Of a DNA stretch of 64,000 nt, positions 29,867 through 39,417 are shown in pieces (position 1 is the first letter of the stretch; each line of letters starts with the position of its first letter). The notes under the pieces were generated by a model, which worked only from the letters and a program-made list of their open reading frames with translations, was not told the DNA's origin and searched no databases. Origin of the DNA: Rhodovulum sp. (GTDB taxonomy: Bacteria > Pseudomonadota > Alphaproteobacteria > Rhodobacterales > Rhodobacteraceae); assembly GCA_020637615.1 (NCBI GenBank), contig JACKKC010000017.1, positions 4,905 through 68,904 on the forward strand, given 5' to 3'. The translations under genes were made by a program, and so were the position numbers.

Positions 29867-30865
29867 ATGTCAACATCGTCCCGCTCGGAGACCGCTGCGG
29901 ACACCTCCCGAAGGCCCGCGTCCGGCAGGGGCGACAGCCCCACTTTCTGGGGCCGGCTCTCCAATGCCGGTCCCTACCGCGCAGTCACCGATTACGTCTT
30001 CGGCTCGACCCGCCGGCAATTCGTCCTGCTGGCGGCCTTCCCGATCTTCTGGATCCTGTTCGCCCATCTCGGGCCGATCCTGCAAATGATCCGCGTGAGC
30101 TTTCTCGATTCCTATCCGCCTTCGGTCGGGCACACGCCGCATTTCACCCTGGACAACTGGCGGACCTTCTTCACCGAGGTGATCTTTCTCAGGCCGTTCT
30201 TCCGCACGCTGGTGTTCTCGGTGGTGCTGACCTTCGCCACCCTCGTGCTGGTCTATCCGGTTGCCTATTTCCTGTCGCGCCACGTCAAACGCGACAACCA
30301 GATGCTGTTACTGCTGCTGCTGCTGATCCCGTTCTGGGTCGGCGAGATCGTGCGCACCTATGCGATCATGATCCTTCTGGGCAATACCGGCGCCGTGAAC
30401 CTGATCCTGAAGGCGCTGGGCCTGATCGAGCAGCCGATCGCGTTCATGTATACCAACTTCTCGCTCAGCTTCGGTATCGTCTATCTGACTTCGCTCTACA
30501 TGCTGATGCCGCTCTATTCGGCGCTCGAGAAGATTCCCCAGAGCTTTTCCGAGGCGGCGGCCGATCTGGGGGCCGGGCCCTGGACACGGTTCCGGCGCGT
30601 CATATTGCCCCTGTCGCTCGAAGGGATCTCCTCGGGCTGCACGCTGGTCTTCCTGATCTCGACCGGCCTCTACGCCACGCCGATCCTGCTGGGCGGTCCC
30701 AGCACCACGCTGTTTTCCGAGACCATCGCCGGGTTCTTCCACGTCGCGGGCGACGAATGGCCGACCGGGGCCGCCTTCTCGACGATCATGCTGCTGACGG
30801 CGCTCGTCCTCTCCGGAACCTTCATGAAGCTGATGGGCGCCCTGCAGAAGGGGGGGCGGAAATGA
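29867..30865 (+). CDS. ABC permease (PotB-like)
   Basis: IPFWVGEIVRTYA; EAAADLGA EAA loop. Confidence 0.9.
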   Translation: MSTSSRSETAADTSRRPASGRGDSPTFWGRLSNAGPYRAVTDYVFGSTRRQFVLLAAFPIFWILFAHLGPILQMIRVSFLDSYPPSVGHTPHFTLDNWRTFFTEVIFLRPFFRTLVFSVVLTFATLVLVYPVAYFLSRHVKRDNQMLLLLLLLIPFWVGEIVRTYAIMILLGNTGAVNLILKALGLIEQPIAFMYTNFSLSFGIVYLTSLYMLMPLYSALEKIPQSFSEAAADLGAGPWTRFRRVILPLSLEGISSGCTLVFLISTGLYATPILLGGPSTTLFSETIAGFFHVAGDEWPTGAAFSTIMLLTALVLSGTFMKLMGALQKGGRK

Positions 30866-31647
30866 CCCGCAACACGCGCATCCTGATGTCGATCATCTAC
30901 TGGGCGTTCGTGGTCTATCTGTTCGTGCCGCTGGTGCTGATGGTCCTGATGGGATTCAAGGATTCGAAGTTCATCGGCTTCCCGATCAAGTCCTGGACGC
31001 TCGACTGGTACATCGGCGTCTTCAGGGACACCGAAGTGATCAGCGTCTTCGTCTATTCGACGACGATCGCTGTGGCGAGCACGGCCATCTCGCTGACCGT
31101 CGGCACCTGGATCTCGGTGCTGCTCGCCGGGCGGTCGTTCTTCGGCCGCACCGTTATCTTCGGGCTGACCGTCCTGCCGGCGGTCATTCCCGGGATCATC
31201 TCGGCGATCTCCTTCCGCATCTTCGCCCGGCTGCTCGGCATCGAGACGGGCATGTTCGCGATCATCTGGGCGCATGCGGTGCACAACGTGCCCTTCGTCG
31301 CGCTGGTGGTCATGGCGCGGCTGGCGACGCTGCCGGCGAGCCATACCGAGGCGGCGATGGATCTCGGCGCGGACAGGTTCGTCAGCTTCTTCCGGATCAC
31401 GCTGCCCTATCTCAAGCCGGCGCTGATCGGGGCCGGCGTGTTCTGCATGCTCCTGAGCTTCGACGACTTCGTGCGCTCCTTCTTCCTGGGGGGCTACGAG
31501 CCGACGCTGCCGGTGCTGATCTTCTCGAAGCTGCGCTCGGGGATGTCGCCGGAAATCAACGCCATCGCCACCGTCGTGCTGATCATGACCGCGGTGCTGG
31601 GCATCTGGGCCGAACGCTCGATGCGTCGCATGGGCAAGGGGACCTGA
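30862..31647 (+). CDS. ABC permease (PotC-like)
   Basis: EAAMDLGA, LLSFDDF, PEINAIAT. Confidence 0.9.
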   Translation: MTRNTRILMSIIYWAFVVYLFVPLVLMVLMGFKDSKFIGFPIKSWTLDWYIGVFRDTEVISVFVYSTTIAVASTAISLTVGTWISVLLAGRSFFGRTVIFGLTVLPAVIPGIISAISFRIFARLLGIETGMFAIIWAHAVHNVPFVALVVMARLATLPASHTEAAMDLGADRFVSFFRITLPYLKPALIGAGVFCMLLSFDDFVRSFFLGGYEPTLPVLIFSKLRSGMSPEINAIATVVLIMTAVLGIWAERSMRRMGKGT

Positions 31648-31650
31648 AGA

Positions 31651-32724
31651 ATGCCGACCACCGAAGATCCGATCGTCCATATCGACGGCATCTCCAAGTC
31701 CTTCGGCAAGACCGTCGCCTTGCAGAGACTCGACATGAAGATCCGTCCGGGTGAATTCGTCACCTTTCTCGGACCTTCCGGCTGCGGAAAGTCGACCACG
31801 CTGCGGCTCCTCGGCGGCTTCGCGCAGCCCGACAGCGGCCGGATCGTGTTGGGCGGCGAGGACGTGACCCGGCTGCCGCCGAACAAGCGCAGGGTCAACA
31901 TGGTATTCCAGGACTATGCTCTCTTTCCCCACATGACGGTGACGCGAAACATCACCTTCGGGCTCGAGCTCAAGCGCATGACCAGGGACAGGATTGCCGC
32001 GCGGTTGGACGAGCTTCTGTCGTTCCTCGAGCTCGACGCCTTCCGGGACCGCTTTCCCGACCAGCTGTCCGGCGGGCAGCGGCAGCGCGTGGCACTGGCG
32101 CGCGCACTGGCGCCGGATCCGGATCTGCTTCTGCTCGACGAGCCCCTGGGTGCGCTCGATGCGCGGCTGCGTGCGCAGGTCCAGCTGGAACTCAAGGACA
32201 TCCAGCGTCGGACCGGCAAGACCTTCTTTTTCGTCACCCACGACCAGGACGAGGCGCTGACCATGTCCGACCGGATCGTGGTCATGAACCAGGGCCGGGT
32301 TGAGCAGGACGGCACGCCCGAGGATCTCTATCTGCGCCCGAAGAGCCGCTTCGTCGCCGAGTTCATCGGCGAGACCAATCTGCTGAGCGGTCCGGTCAGG
32401 CACGCCGATGACGGCAGGGTCGCCATCGACTGGTTCGGGATGCAGATCGAGGGCCGGGCCTTCGACAGCACCCCGCGCCCCGGCGACATGGTGACGGCGG
32501 CGCTGCGGCTCGAGAAGGTCGGCTTCTTCGACGCCCGTCCCGAGACCGGGAACGCGGTGCAGGGCAGGGTGGTCAACCGCGTCTTCAAGGGCAGCCGCAC
32601 GGCGGTGGATGTGCGCGTCGGCGATGCCGGCGCGGCGATCCTCAAGGCCTATGTGGACCGGGAGGTGCCCGACGATGTGTGGCTCGGCTGGGATCCGGCA
32701 AATCTGGCGGTGCTCCAGGATTGA
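31651..32724 (+). CDS. ABC ATP-binding protein (PotA-like)
   Basis: GPSGCGKS, LSGGQRQR, LLLDEP. Confidence 0.93.
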   Translation: MPTTEDPIVHIDGISKSFGKTVALQRLDMKIRPGEFVTFLGPSGCGKSTTLRLLGGFAQPDSGRIVLGGEDVTRLPPNKRRVNMVFQDYALFPHMTVTRNITFGLELKRMTRDRIAARLDELLSFLELDAFRDRFPDQLSGGQRQRVALARALAPDPDLLLLDEPLGALDARLRAQVQLELKDIQRRTGKTFFFVTHDQDEALTMSDRIVVMNQGRVEQDGTPEDLYLRPKSRFVAEFIGETNLLSGPVRHADDGRVAIDWFGMQIEGRAFDSTPRPGDMVTAALRLEKVGFFDARPETGNAVQGRVVNRVFKGSRTAVDVRVGDAGAAILKAYVDREVPDDVWLGWDPANLAVLQD

Positions 32725-32780
32725 GCCCGCCCACGGCCGAAAATAACCCCGCCGCCCCACACACCCATCGGAGGAGCAGC

Positions 32781-33734
32781 ATGAACAAGCGCGAACGATT
32801 CTACGCCGCCGTCGCGGGGGCGCCGGTCGACCGACCTCCGCTGTCGGTCTGGATGCATTTCGTCACTCCCTATGCGACGGGCCTGCAGGGGGCGGCCCGG
32901 CATTGCGAGTTCTTGCGCCAATACGACTGGGACCTGGCAAAGGCGGTCAGCGACTACCGCCATCCCTTGCCCGATGGCATGGAGACGGTCGCGACACCCG
33001 CCGACATGGCCCGCATCACCGTGCAGCCGATGGATCATCCGACCTATGCCAACCAGATCGCGCTGCTGAACGGCATCCGGGCGGAACTCGGCGAGGACTG
33101 GCCGGTGGTCGACACCACCTTCGACCCCATCCAGCAGGTCCTGCGCCACGCCGGTTTCTCGGCGTTGCGCGTGATCCTCGACAATCCGCGCGCGGCCAGG
33201 CCGATGCTCGAGGCCGTGACCGAAACCGTCATCCGCTACATGCGCGAACTGGCGGCGAACGGTATCGACGGCGTCTTCTACTCGACCCGTGCAGCGGCGA
33301 CCGAGGCTTGCGTCCAAGGCTATGCCCGGGACGCCTATGAAGAGCTATTGCGGCCCTACGATCTCGCCATCCTCGGGGAGTCCAGGGGCGTGGTGCGCAT
33401 GCTCCACGCCTGCAAGAACCATCTCGACCTCGACCGGGTGGCCGACTACCCGCACGAGGTCCTGAGCTGGGCCGCGCATGACCCGACCTGTCCGACCATC
33501 GCCGAGATGCGCCAGCGCACCGGGAAGTGCATCATGGGCGGGATCGACCAGGCCAGGGTGGTCGAACAGTCGCGCCCCGAGATCCGCTGCGACATCGACG
33601 CGGCGCTTGCGGTGACCGGAGGCCGGAACTTCATCCTGGCGCCGGGCTGCACCTTCGGCTCGAACGCGCCGGCCCATGTCTTCGACACGATCGCCGAATA
33701 CGGCCGCGACAGGGACGCGGCGGTGGCCGCCTAG
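32781..33734 (+). CDS. Uroporphyrinogen decarboxylase-like (URO-D fold) protein
   Basis: DRPPLSVWMHF, MLHAC, IMGGID, FILAPGC. Confidence 0.8.
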   Translation: MNKRERFYAAVAGAPVDRPPLSVWMHFVTPYATGLQGAARHCEFLRQYDWDLAKAVSDYRHPLPDGMETVATPADMARITVQPMDHPTYANQIALLNGIRAELGEDWPVVDTTFDPIQQVLRHAGFSALRVILDNPRAARPMLEAVTETVIRYMRELAANGIDGVFYSTRAAATEACVQGYARDAYEELLRPYDLAILGESRGVVRMLHACKNHLDLDRVADYPHEVLSWAAHDPTCPTIAEMRQRTGKCIMGGIDQARVVEQSRPEIRCDIDAALAVTGGRNFILAPGCTFGSNAPAHVFDTIAEYGRDRDAAVAA

Positions 33735-33744
33735 GGGCCGGGCG

Positions 33745-34617
33745 ATGGCGCGGGAGCAGTCGGTCGGTTTCATCGGGCTGGGTATCATGGGGGGCGCGAT
33801 GGCGCGCCGTCTGATGGCGGCGGGCCATGCGGTGCATGTCCATGCCAGGAACCGCGACCGCGCCGCGCCGTTTCTTCGAGAGGGGGCCCTCTGGGCCGAC
33901 GGTGCCGCGGCGCTCGCCCGAAGCTGCGCCACCGTCCTCACCATCGTCGGCGGGCCAAAGGACGTGGCGGAACTCTATCTCGGCGAGGATGGCCTGGTCG
34001 CCAACGCCGCGCCGGGGGATTGCCTGGTCGACATGACCACCTCCGCGCCGGATCTGGCCCGCCGGATCGCCGCCGAGGCGGCCGGCCGGGGCGTGATGGC
34101 GCTGGATGCCCCCGTCACCGGCGGCGCGCCGGGGGCCGAGGCGGGGACGCTCACCTTCATGGTGGGCGGCGAGGCGACTGCGCTCGCGGCGGTGCAGCCG
34201 CTGCTCGAGGTGATGGGCAGCAGGGTCTTCGCGATGGGCGCCGCCGGCGCCGGCCAGATCGCCAAGGCCAGCAACCAGATCGCGGTGGCGGGCATCCTGC
34301 TCGGTCTCGCCGAGGCGCTGGCCTTCGCCGAAGCCTCCGGCCTCGCGCCCGGCAAGGTGCAGGAGGTGCTTGCGACCGGCACCGCCGGTGGTCCGTTGAT
34401 GCAGCGCCTCGGCCCGAAGATGGCCGCCGGCAATCCCGAGGTGAGCTTCACCATCGAGCATTTCATCAAGGATCTGGGCATCGCCATCGCCGCCATGCCG
34501 GAGGGCGCGACAAGACTTGCCGCCGCCGCGCTCTGCCGGGATCTCTACGCCGGGCTTGCCGATGCCGGCGGTGGCCGGAAGGGCCTCCAGGCGCTCATCG
34601 AGTACTACCGGGATTAG
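33745..34617 (+). CDS. 3-hydroxyisobutyrate dehydrogenase-family oxidoreductase
   Basis: GFIGLGIMG, DAPVTGG, GTLTFMVGG, KASNQ, KDL. Confidence 0.9.
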   Translation: MAREQSVGFIGLGIMGGAMARRLMAAGHAVHVHARNRDRAAPFLREGALWADGAAALARSCATVLTIVGGPKDVAELYLGEDGLVANAAPGDCLVDMTTSAPDLARRIAAEAAGRGVMALDAPVTGGAPGAEAGTLTFMVGGEATALAAVQPLLEVMGSRVFAMGAAGAGQIAKASNQIAVAGILLGLAEALAFAEASGLAPGKVQEVLATGTAGGPLMQRLGPKMAAGNPEVSFTIEHFIKDLGIAIAAMPEGATRLAAAALCRDLYAGLADAGGGRKGLQALIEYYRD

Positions 34618-34771
34618 GGCCTGCCCAGGTCGTGATCGCGCGCCGGATAGACCATGCCGTCAATCTGAAACCGCGTGACGAAGCAGAAGGGAGATGTGCA
34701 AACAAAGGCCCCAAGAAATCGTCGCGGGCCGACGGCATTCTCCAGGCAAGTCATTCAGCCGATGCCGCGAC

Positions 34772-35239
34772 CTATTTGCGGATCCTGCGGCGGTCCTCGG
34801 AGAAGGATGTCTGAAGGTGGGTGGCGGCGATGCGGCTCTCGATCGAGCGAATCTTCGGCGGCGGGGCAGTCTCCGCAACCGAGCGGACAAGGGCGAGCAG
34901 CGAGTCGCGCGTTTCGGGGTCGGCAATGGAGCGATAGGCGCTCTCGAGGGCGAAGATCTCGTTGGGCTCCGTGCCTGGATCCCCGGGCGCAGACTCACCT
35001 CCCGGAAGCGAGACGAGGCCGTCGTAGAAGAACTGCACGGGCACACCGAGAAATCCCGCGAGAAGATACAGCCTTCCTGCGCCGACGCGGTTGGTGCCCT
35101 TCTCGTATTTCTGCACCTGGCTGAAGGTCAGGCCGAGATGCCGGGCGAGCCGTGCCTGGCTGATGCCGAGCGCCTCCCGGCGCTGCCGCATTCGTCGGCC
35201 AACCCAAGCGTCGATTTCACCGGCCGACTTCGTCGTCAT
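34772..35239 (-). CDS. XRE-family HTH transcriptional regulator
   Basis: VGRRMRQRREALGISQ..LA..LGLTFSQVQKYEKGTNRV. Confidence 0.9.
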   Translation of the reverse strand: MTTKSAGEIDAWVGRRMRQRREALGISQARLARHLGLTFSQVQKYEKGTNRVGAGRLYLLAGFLGVPVQFFYDGLVSLPGGESAPGDPGTEPNEIFALESAYRSIADPETRDSLLALVRSVAETAPPPKIRSIESRIAATHLQTSFSEDRRRIRK

Positions 35240-35310
35240 GGACCAACTCGCTTCCAGAACCCGCCAATGGCTTCGGTTTTCATCTAGAGCGGGAAGTGGT
35301 CCCTTTAGAA

Positions 35311-35330
35311 ACCTGTACAATTGTATAGCA
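35311..35330. promoter_or_regulatory. lux-box-like palindrome
   Basis: ACCTGTACAATTGTATAGCA (dyad CTGTACAA/TTGTATAG) ~70 bp upstream of the XRE gene; resembles ACCTGTAGGATCGTACAGGT. Confidence 0.55.
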
Positions 35331-35400
35331 CTTCGCACCTGAAGCGGTGCGGCGCCGGCAACGGGTCCGTTCTGCCCCGTAATCATAATCCGCAGAACAC

Positions 35401-36009
35401 TTATTCAGCGGCGATGAGATGCGAGGTCCGCATGGCGGGCATCCGCAGGACGGCGTATCGGCGACCGTCGGCCTCGCTGAAATATGACTCGCCATCCTGG
35501 CTGACCGAGAAGCCGAGTTGTCGTAATGCGCGCATCAGCGAGGGGCGAGTCAGGGTCACCATTTCGATACCGCCAAAGCGATTCGCGATCTCGATCAGGC
35601 CTTCGACGATCAAGGCGAGGCAATCTGCACGCTCGGATTGTGTCCGCACCCGGTCCGAGGTGACCAGCCGGGTGCATTCCCAGACCTCGTCCGAGGCGAT
35701 ATCGCCTTGCAGCACTTCGGCCGGGATCTGGTCGATGCGTCCCTGCTGGGCGTCCCGCAACATGTAAGTGTGCCGGCCCCAGACGGCGCTCGTTGGCATG
35801 ATCCGCGCCCCGCCAATCACCTCGCCGCGCCGGAGCACCAGAGAGTAATACGCGCATGGGTTGTCGTACTGGTCCATCTCGACATCGTCGTTGTGCGGGA
35901 TGTCCCATCGGAGCGCGTCGACGAAGAACGTCTTGCGCAAGCGCAGATAATCGTGAAATGCCGAACCGTGCCGGTGCTGGCCGAGAAAATCGAAGGTAAT
36001 GTTGTGCAT
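35401..36009 (-). CDS. LuxI-family acyl-homoserine-lactone synthase
   Basis: LRKTFFVDALRW, EMDQYD, GGARIMPT, WECTRL. Confidence 0.9.
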   Translation of the reverse strand: MHNITFDFLGQHRHGSAFHDYLRLRKTFFVDALRWDIPHNDDVEMDQYDNPCAYYSLVLRRGEVIGGARIMPTSAVWGRHTYMLRDAQQGRIDQIPAEVLQGDIASDEVWECTRLVTSDRVRTQSERADCLALIVEGLIEIANRFGGIEMVTLTRPSLMRALRQLGFSVSQDGESYFSEADGRRYAVLRMPAMRTSHLIAAE

Positions 36010-36013
36010 GATT

Positions 36014-36034
36014 CACTCTCCAAGGTGGAGAGTG
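36014..36034 (-). promoter_or_regulatory. Hairpin sequestering the luxI ribosome-binding site
   Basis: mRNA CACUCUCCA-ccu-UGGAGAGUG ends 4 nt before AUG; perfect 9-bp stem that includes GGAG. Confidence 0.55.
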
Positions 36035-36127
36035 GATTTAAGCCCCTATGCAACCTCTTGTTAATAGTCGTTCTGCGACCAGAGACAAAGCTGCATTGTG
36101 TTTCTTAAGAGGGGTGTCGGAATCTGG

Positions 36128-36725
36128 CTAGATCATCCCAAGCATAGTTGCTCTCGCGGCAGCCTGGGATCCAGTTTTTGCATTCAACTTGACACGGGCG
36201 CTCTTGAGTCTTTGCTTAATAGCGCTCTCCGAGATTCCGAGAAGGCATGCTATTTCTTTCATGAGCAGCCCGTTTTTCACGAGGCTCAATGTCTCCAACT
36301 CGGCAGCAGTAAGATTCCTCGGCCGTGCATGCGCCAAATGGGACTGAATAAGCAATTCGTTCAGAAGTTGCATTTCTTCAGTCTTGTAATCGCGGTCCGA
36401 CCTGAAGAAGAACCCGAAGGACCGCTGGCCCGCATCGCCGGCGTCGAGGAAGCTCGCCACCGCGCCGAAGTTCAGCCCGTGGGCCCTGGCGAGTTCGATG
36501 ACGCCCTGACTGTCGTTCGCGCCGAGTTCGCCCCACCGGGTGATGCCGCAATTCCGATAGGCCCAGACCATCGCCGGATCATGCACGATCAAACCGCTGA
36601 CGGTGTATTCGCGGAACCCAGGCCGCGGGCAGGTGGTTGTGCTCGACCATCGGGAAGGCGTAGCCGACACGAATAGCGACGTAGAAGCCTGCGGGAGCGA
36701 GTGGAGCGATCTCGTTCGGATTCAT
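36128..36725 (-). pseudogene. LuxR-family regulator, apparent +1 frameshift near 36615
   Basis: N-term MNPNEIAPLAPAGFYVAIRVGYAFP..AAWV, then REYT..HDP..W and C-terminal HTH LTAAELETL..KEIA.LLGISE; span 598 nt. Confidence 0.82.
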
Positions 36726-36866
36726 CAGGCTCCTCGTCTCGATTCGGTTCTGGTTCTCAACAAACGGGCTTCCGTGGCCGCTCGGGAGCAACTACTTTCA
36801 TCCCGCGGCGAGACTATGCCGGTAATCGCGATCGTGCAACCATGTCGCGAGCCGCGAGGGAAGGCG

Positions 36867-37346
36867 ATGCAACGGGCGAGTATAGCGGCCCTGCTTCACG
36901 AGATCGACCGGCTCAGCCCGGCCGGTTTCGCGGTGGCCATGCATATCCGCTTCACCCGGCCGACCTATCTGTTCCAGACCTATGCCAAGCGCTGGATGGA
37001 TCACTACTCGGCGAAGGGCATGGTGGTGCATGACCCGCTGGTGCACTGGGGCCTGCAGAACGTGGGACGGATCCGCTGGTCGGAGCTCGAGGCGATCGAC
37101 AGCCACGGCGTGCTGGAGGCGGCCAAGGATTTCGGGCTGATGAACGGTGCCTCGATTTCGGTGGTCATCGACGGATCGCGCAGCATTTCGGGCTTCGCCC
37201 GCGCCGACCGGGAATACACCGATGCGGAGATGCAGGAGCTCGAGGAGATCCTCGTCGCGCTGCATCTCGCCACCACCGGCTTGGGCGATCTCAGCGAGAG
37301 CGACCAGCGCGCGCTCACAGAGCTCTCGATCAAGCTGACCCATTGA
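36867..37346 (+). CDS. Stand-alone autoinducer-binding-domain protein (LuxR N-terminal domain without HTH)
   Basis: SPAGFAVAMHIRF..W..HY...HDP..WG; ends at 159 aa with no HTH. Confidence 0.85.
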   Translation: MQRASIAALLHEIDRLSPAGFAVAMHIRFTRPTYLFQTYAKRWMDHYSAKGMVVHDPLVHWGLQNVGRIRWSELEAIDSHGVLEAAKDFGLMNGASISVVIDGSRSISGFARADREYTDAEMQELEEILVALHLATTGLGDLSESDQRALTELSIKLTH

Positions 37347-37480
37347 CGGGTGGGTATCGGACGGGACATGTCGCGGATGGTGCCTGTGGCGGCGGAAACC
37401 ACCGGACGGCGGCCGGATGCGGCGGCTAGACGGAAGGCGAGTCGAGCGACGTGCCGTCGCTCGTGTGGGAGGACGTGGCG

Positions 37481-39034
37481 ATGAGTGAAACCGCGGAAGC
37501 AGGGTCGGGCAGCCGCCGCGGACGGGGTGGCGGCGCGGCGCGACGGGCCGAGCGCACCGCGCCGAAGATCGAGGCGGCGCCCTATATCCGTCGCCGGATT
37601 CCGAACTACGAGATCCTCGACGAGGAGGGGCTGGCGCTCATCGAGGCCAATGCCGAGACGGTGCTGGAGGAGATCGGCGTCAATTTCGCCGACAATCCGG
37701 CGGCGCTGGAGCTCTGGCGCGGGGCGGGTGCGGACGTGCGCGGCGAGCGGGTGCATCTGCCGCGCGGGCTGGCGCGCTCGCTCTGCGCCACGGCGCCGCG
37801 GGAATACACCCAGATGGCCCGCAATCCCGAGCGCAACGTGGTGATCGGCGGCAAGAGCCTGGTGCTGGCGCCGGTCTACGGGCCCCCCTTCGTGCGCGAC
37901 ATGGCGGGCGGGCGGCGCTACGCGACGATCGCGGACTTCCGCAACCTCGTGCGGCTCGGCTACATGTCGAAATGGCTGCACCATTCGGGCGGCACGGTCT
38001 GCGAGCCGACCGACATCGCGGTGAACAAGCGGCATCTCGACATGCTGCTGGCGCATATGACGCTCTCCGACAAGCCCTTCATGGGCTCGGTGACCGAGCC
38101 GGTGCGCGCCGAGGATTCGGTGGAGATGTGCCGGATCCTCTTCGGGGCCGAGAATGTCGGGCCGAACTGCTACATGACCTCGCTCATCAACATCAATTCG
38201 CCGCTCACCTTCGATTCCACGATGATGGGTGCGCTCGAGGTCTATGCCCGCGCCGGCCAGGGGGTGATCGTCTCGCCCTTCATCGTCGGCGGCGCCATGG
38301 CGCCGGTGAGCGTCGCCGGCACGCTCACGCAGGTCCTGGCCGAGGCGATGACCGGCGTCGCCTATTCGCAGCTGGTCAATCCCGGCGCGCCGGCGATCTT
38401 CGGCGCCTTCGTGACTTCGATCGACATGAACTCCGGGGCGCCGACCTTCGGCACGCCGGAGGCGAGCAAGATCCTCTGGGGCGCGGGCCAGCTCGCGCGG
38501 CGGCTTAACCTGCCGTTCCGCTCGGGGGGCGCGCTCTGCGGTTCCAAGCTGCCCGATGCCCAGGCCGCCTACGAGACCGCGAACACGCTGCAGGCGGCGC
38601 TGCTCGGCGGCGTGAACTTCATGCTGCATTCCTGCGGCTGGCTCGAGGGCGGGCTGGTCTCGTCCTTCGAGAAATTCGTGCTCGATGCCGATCAGCTCGG
38701 CGTGCTGCATGCCATCGCCGAAGGCATCGACCTCAGCGAGAACGGCCAGGCGATGGAGGCGATCCGGGAGGTGGGGCCGGGCGGCCACTACCTCGGCTGC
38801 CAGCACACGCAGGCGAATTTCAAGTCCGCCTTCTGGCGCTCGGACGTGCTCGACTACCGGCCCTTCGAGACCTGGGCCGAAGCCGGCGCCCAGGATTCGA
38901 TGCAGCTCGCCAATGCGAGGGTGGCGAAGATGCTCGCCGAATACGTGGCGCCGCCGCTCGACGAGGGCATCGCCGAGGGCCTCAACGACTACGTCGCCCG
39001 GCGCAAGGCCTCGGAGCCGGACGCCTTTGGCTAG
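37481..39034 (+). CDS. Trimethylamine methyltransferase (MttB) family protein
   Basis: APVYGPPF, GTVCEPTD, INSPLTFD, GAPTFGTPE, HSCGWLEGGL. Confidence 0.92.
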   Translation: MSETAEAGSGSRRGRGGGAARRAERTAPKIEAAPYIRRRIPNYEILDEEGLALIEANAETVLEEIGVNFADNPAALELWRGAGADVRGERVHLPRGLARSLCATAPREYTQMARNPERNVVIGGKSLVLAPVYGPPFVRDMAGGRRYATIADFRNLVRLGYMSKWLHHSGGTVCEPTDIAVNKRHLDMLLAHMTLSDKPFMGSVTEPVRAEDSVEMCRILFGAENVGPNCYMTSLININSPLTFDSTMMGALEVYARAGQGVIVSPFIVGGAMAPVSVAGTLTQVLAEAMTGVAYSQLVNPGAPAIFGAFVTSIDMNSGAPTFGTPEASKILWGAGQLARRLNLPFRSGGALCGSKLPDAQAAYETANTLQAALLGGVNFMLHSCGWLEGGLVSSFEKFVLDADQLGVLHAIAEGIDLSENGQAMEAIREVGPGGHYLGCQHTQANFKSAFWRSDVLDYRPFETWAEAGAQDSMQLANARVAKMLAEYVAPPLDEGIAEGLNDYVARRKASEPDAFG

Positions 39035-39201
39035 AGCCGGCTTCGTGCGCGCGCGCACATCCGGCTATGTGATTGATAACATGCGGGAAAGCGTTTCGCG
39101 TTAACCTGGTCTTCACGCTGCGCGGCATGCGCCGCCACTCTTGCCGCGAAATCCTGCCGTCAGGCGCCAAGGCAGGGGAATGGCATATGCCAGCGCAGCT
39201 T

Positions 39202-39287
39202 CGTCCGCCCGAGTTCCGGATGAGCCTGGCGTTACCATCCCGCCCGGCGGGCAGCGCCGGGCAGCGGGACGGTCGAAGAAGAAAGAA
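39202..39287 (+). repeat. Dispersed structured repeat, copy A
   Basis: The 65-nt core 39202-39266 matches 60019-60083 at 58/65 positions (counted by hand); purine tail GTCGAAGAAGAAAGAA shared with copy C. Confidence 0.8.
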
Positions 39288-39304
39288 TGAACTTCAGATG
39301 CCAT

Positions 39305-39336
39305 GGTCCCGCCCGTGCTGACGCGCGGGCGGGACC
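39305..39336. terminator. Strong hairpin between convergent mttB and dgoA
   Basis: GGTCCCGCCCGTGC-tgac-GCGCGGGCGGGACC. Confidence 0.55.
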
Positions 39337-39417
39337 GATGTCTGAGTTGCGCGTCGTTCCAGCAGAGCGCGGCAGCGCTGTGCCCAGGACACTCGCGGAA
39401 GCCGAGGCGGCGGCGGG

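Noticed and set aside
37481-39034. Possible pyrrolysine recoding in the MttB-family gene
   Set aside because: The ORF is open with no internal TAG; it is the common non-Pyl type.
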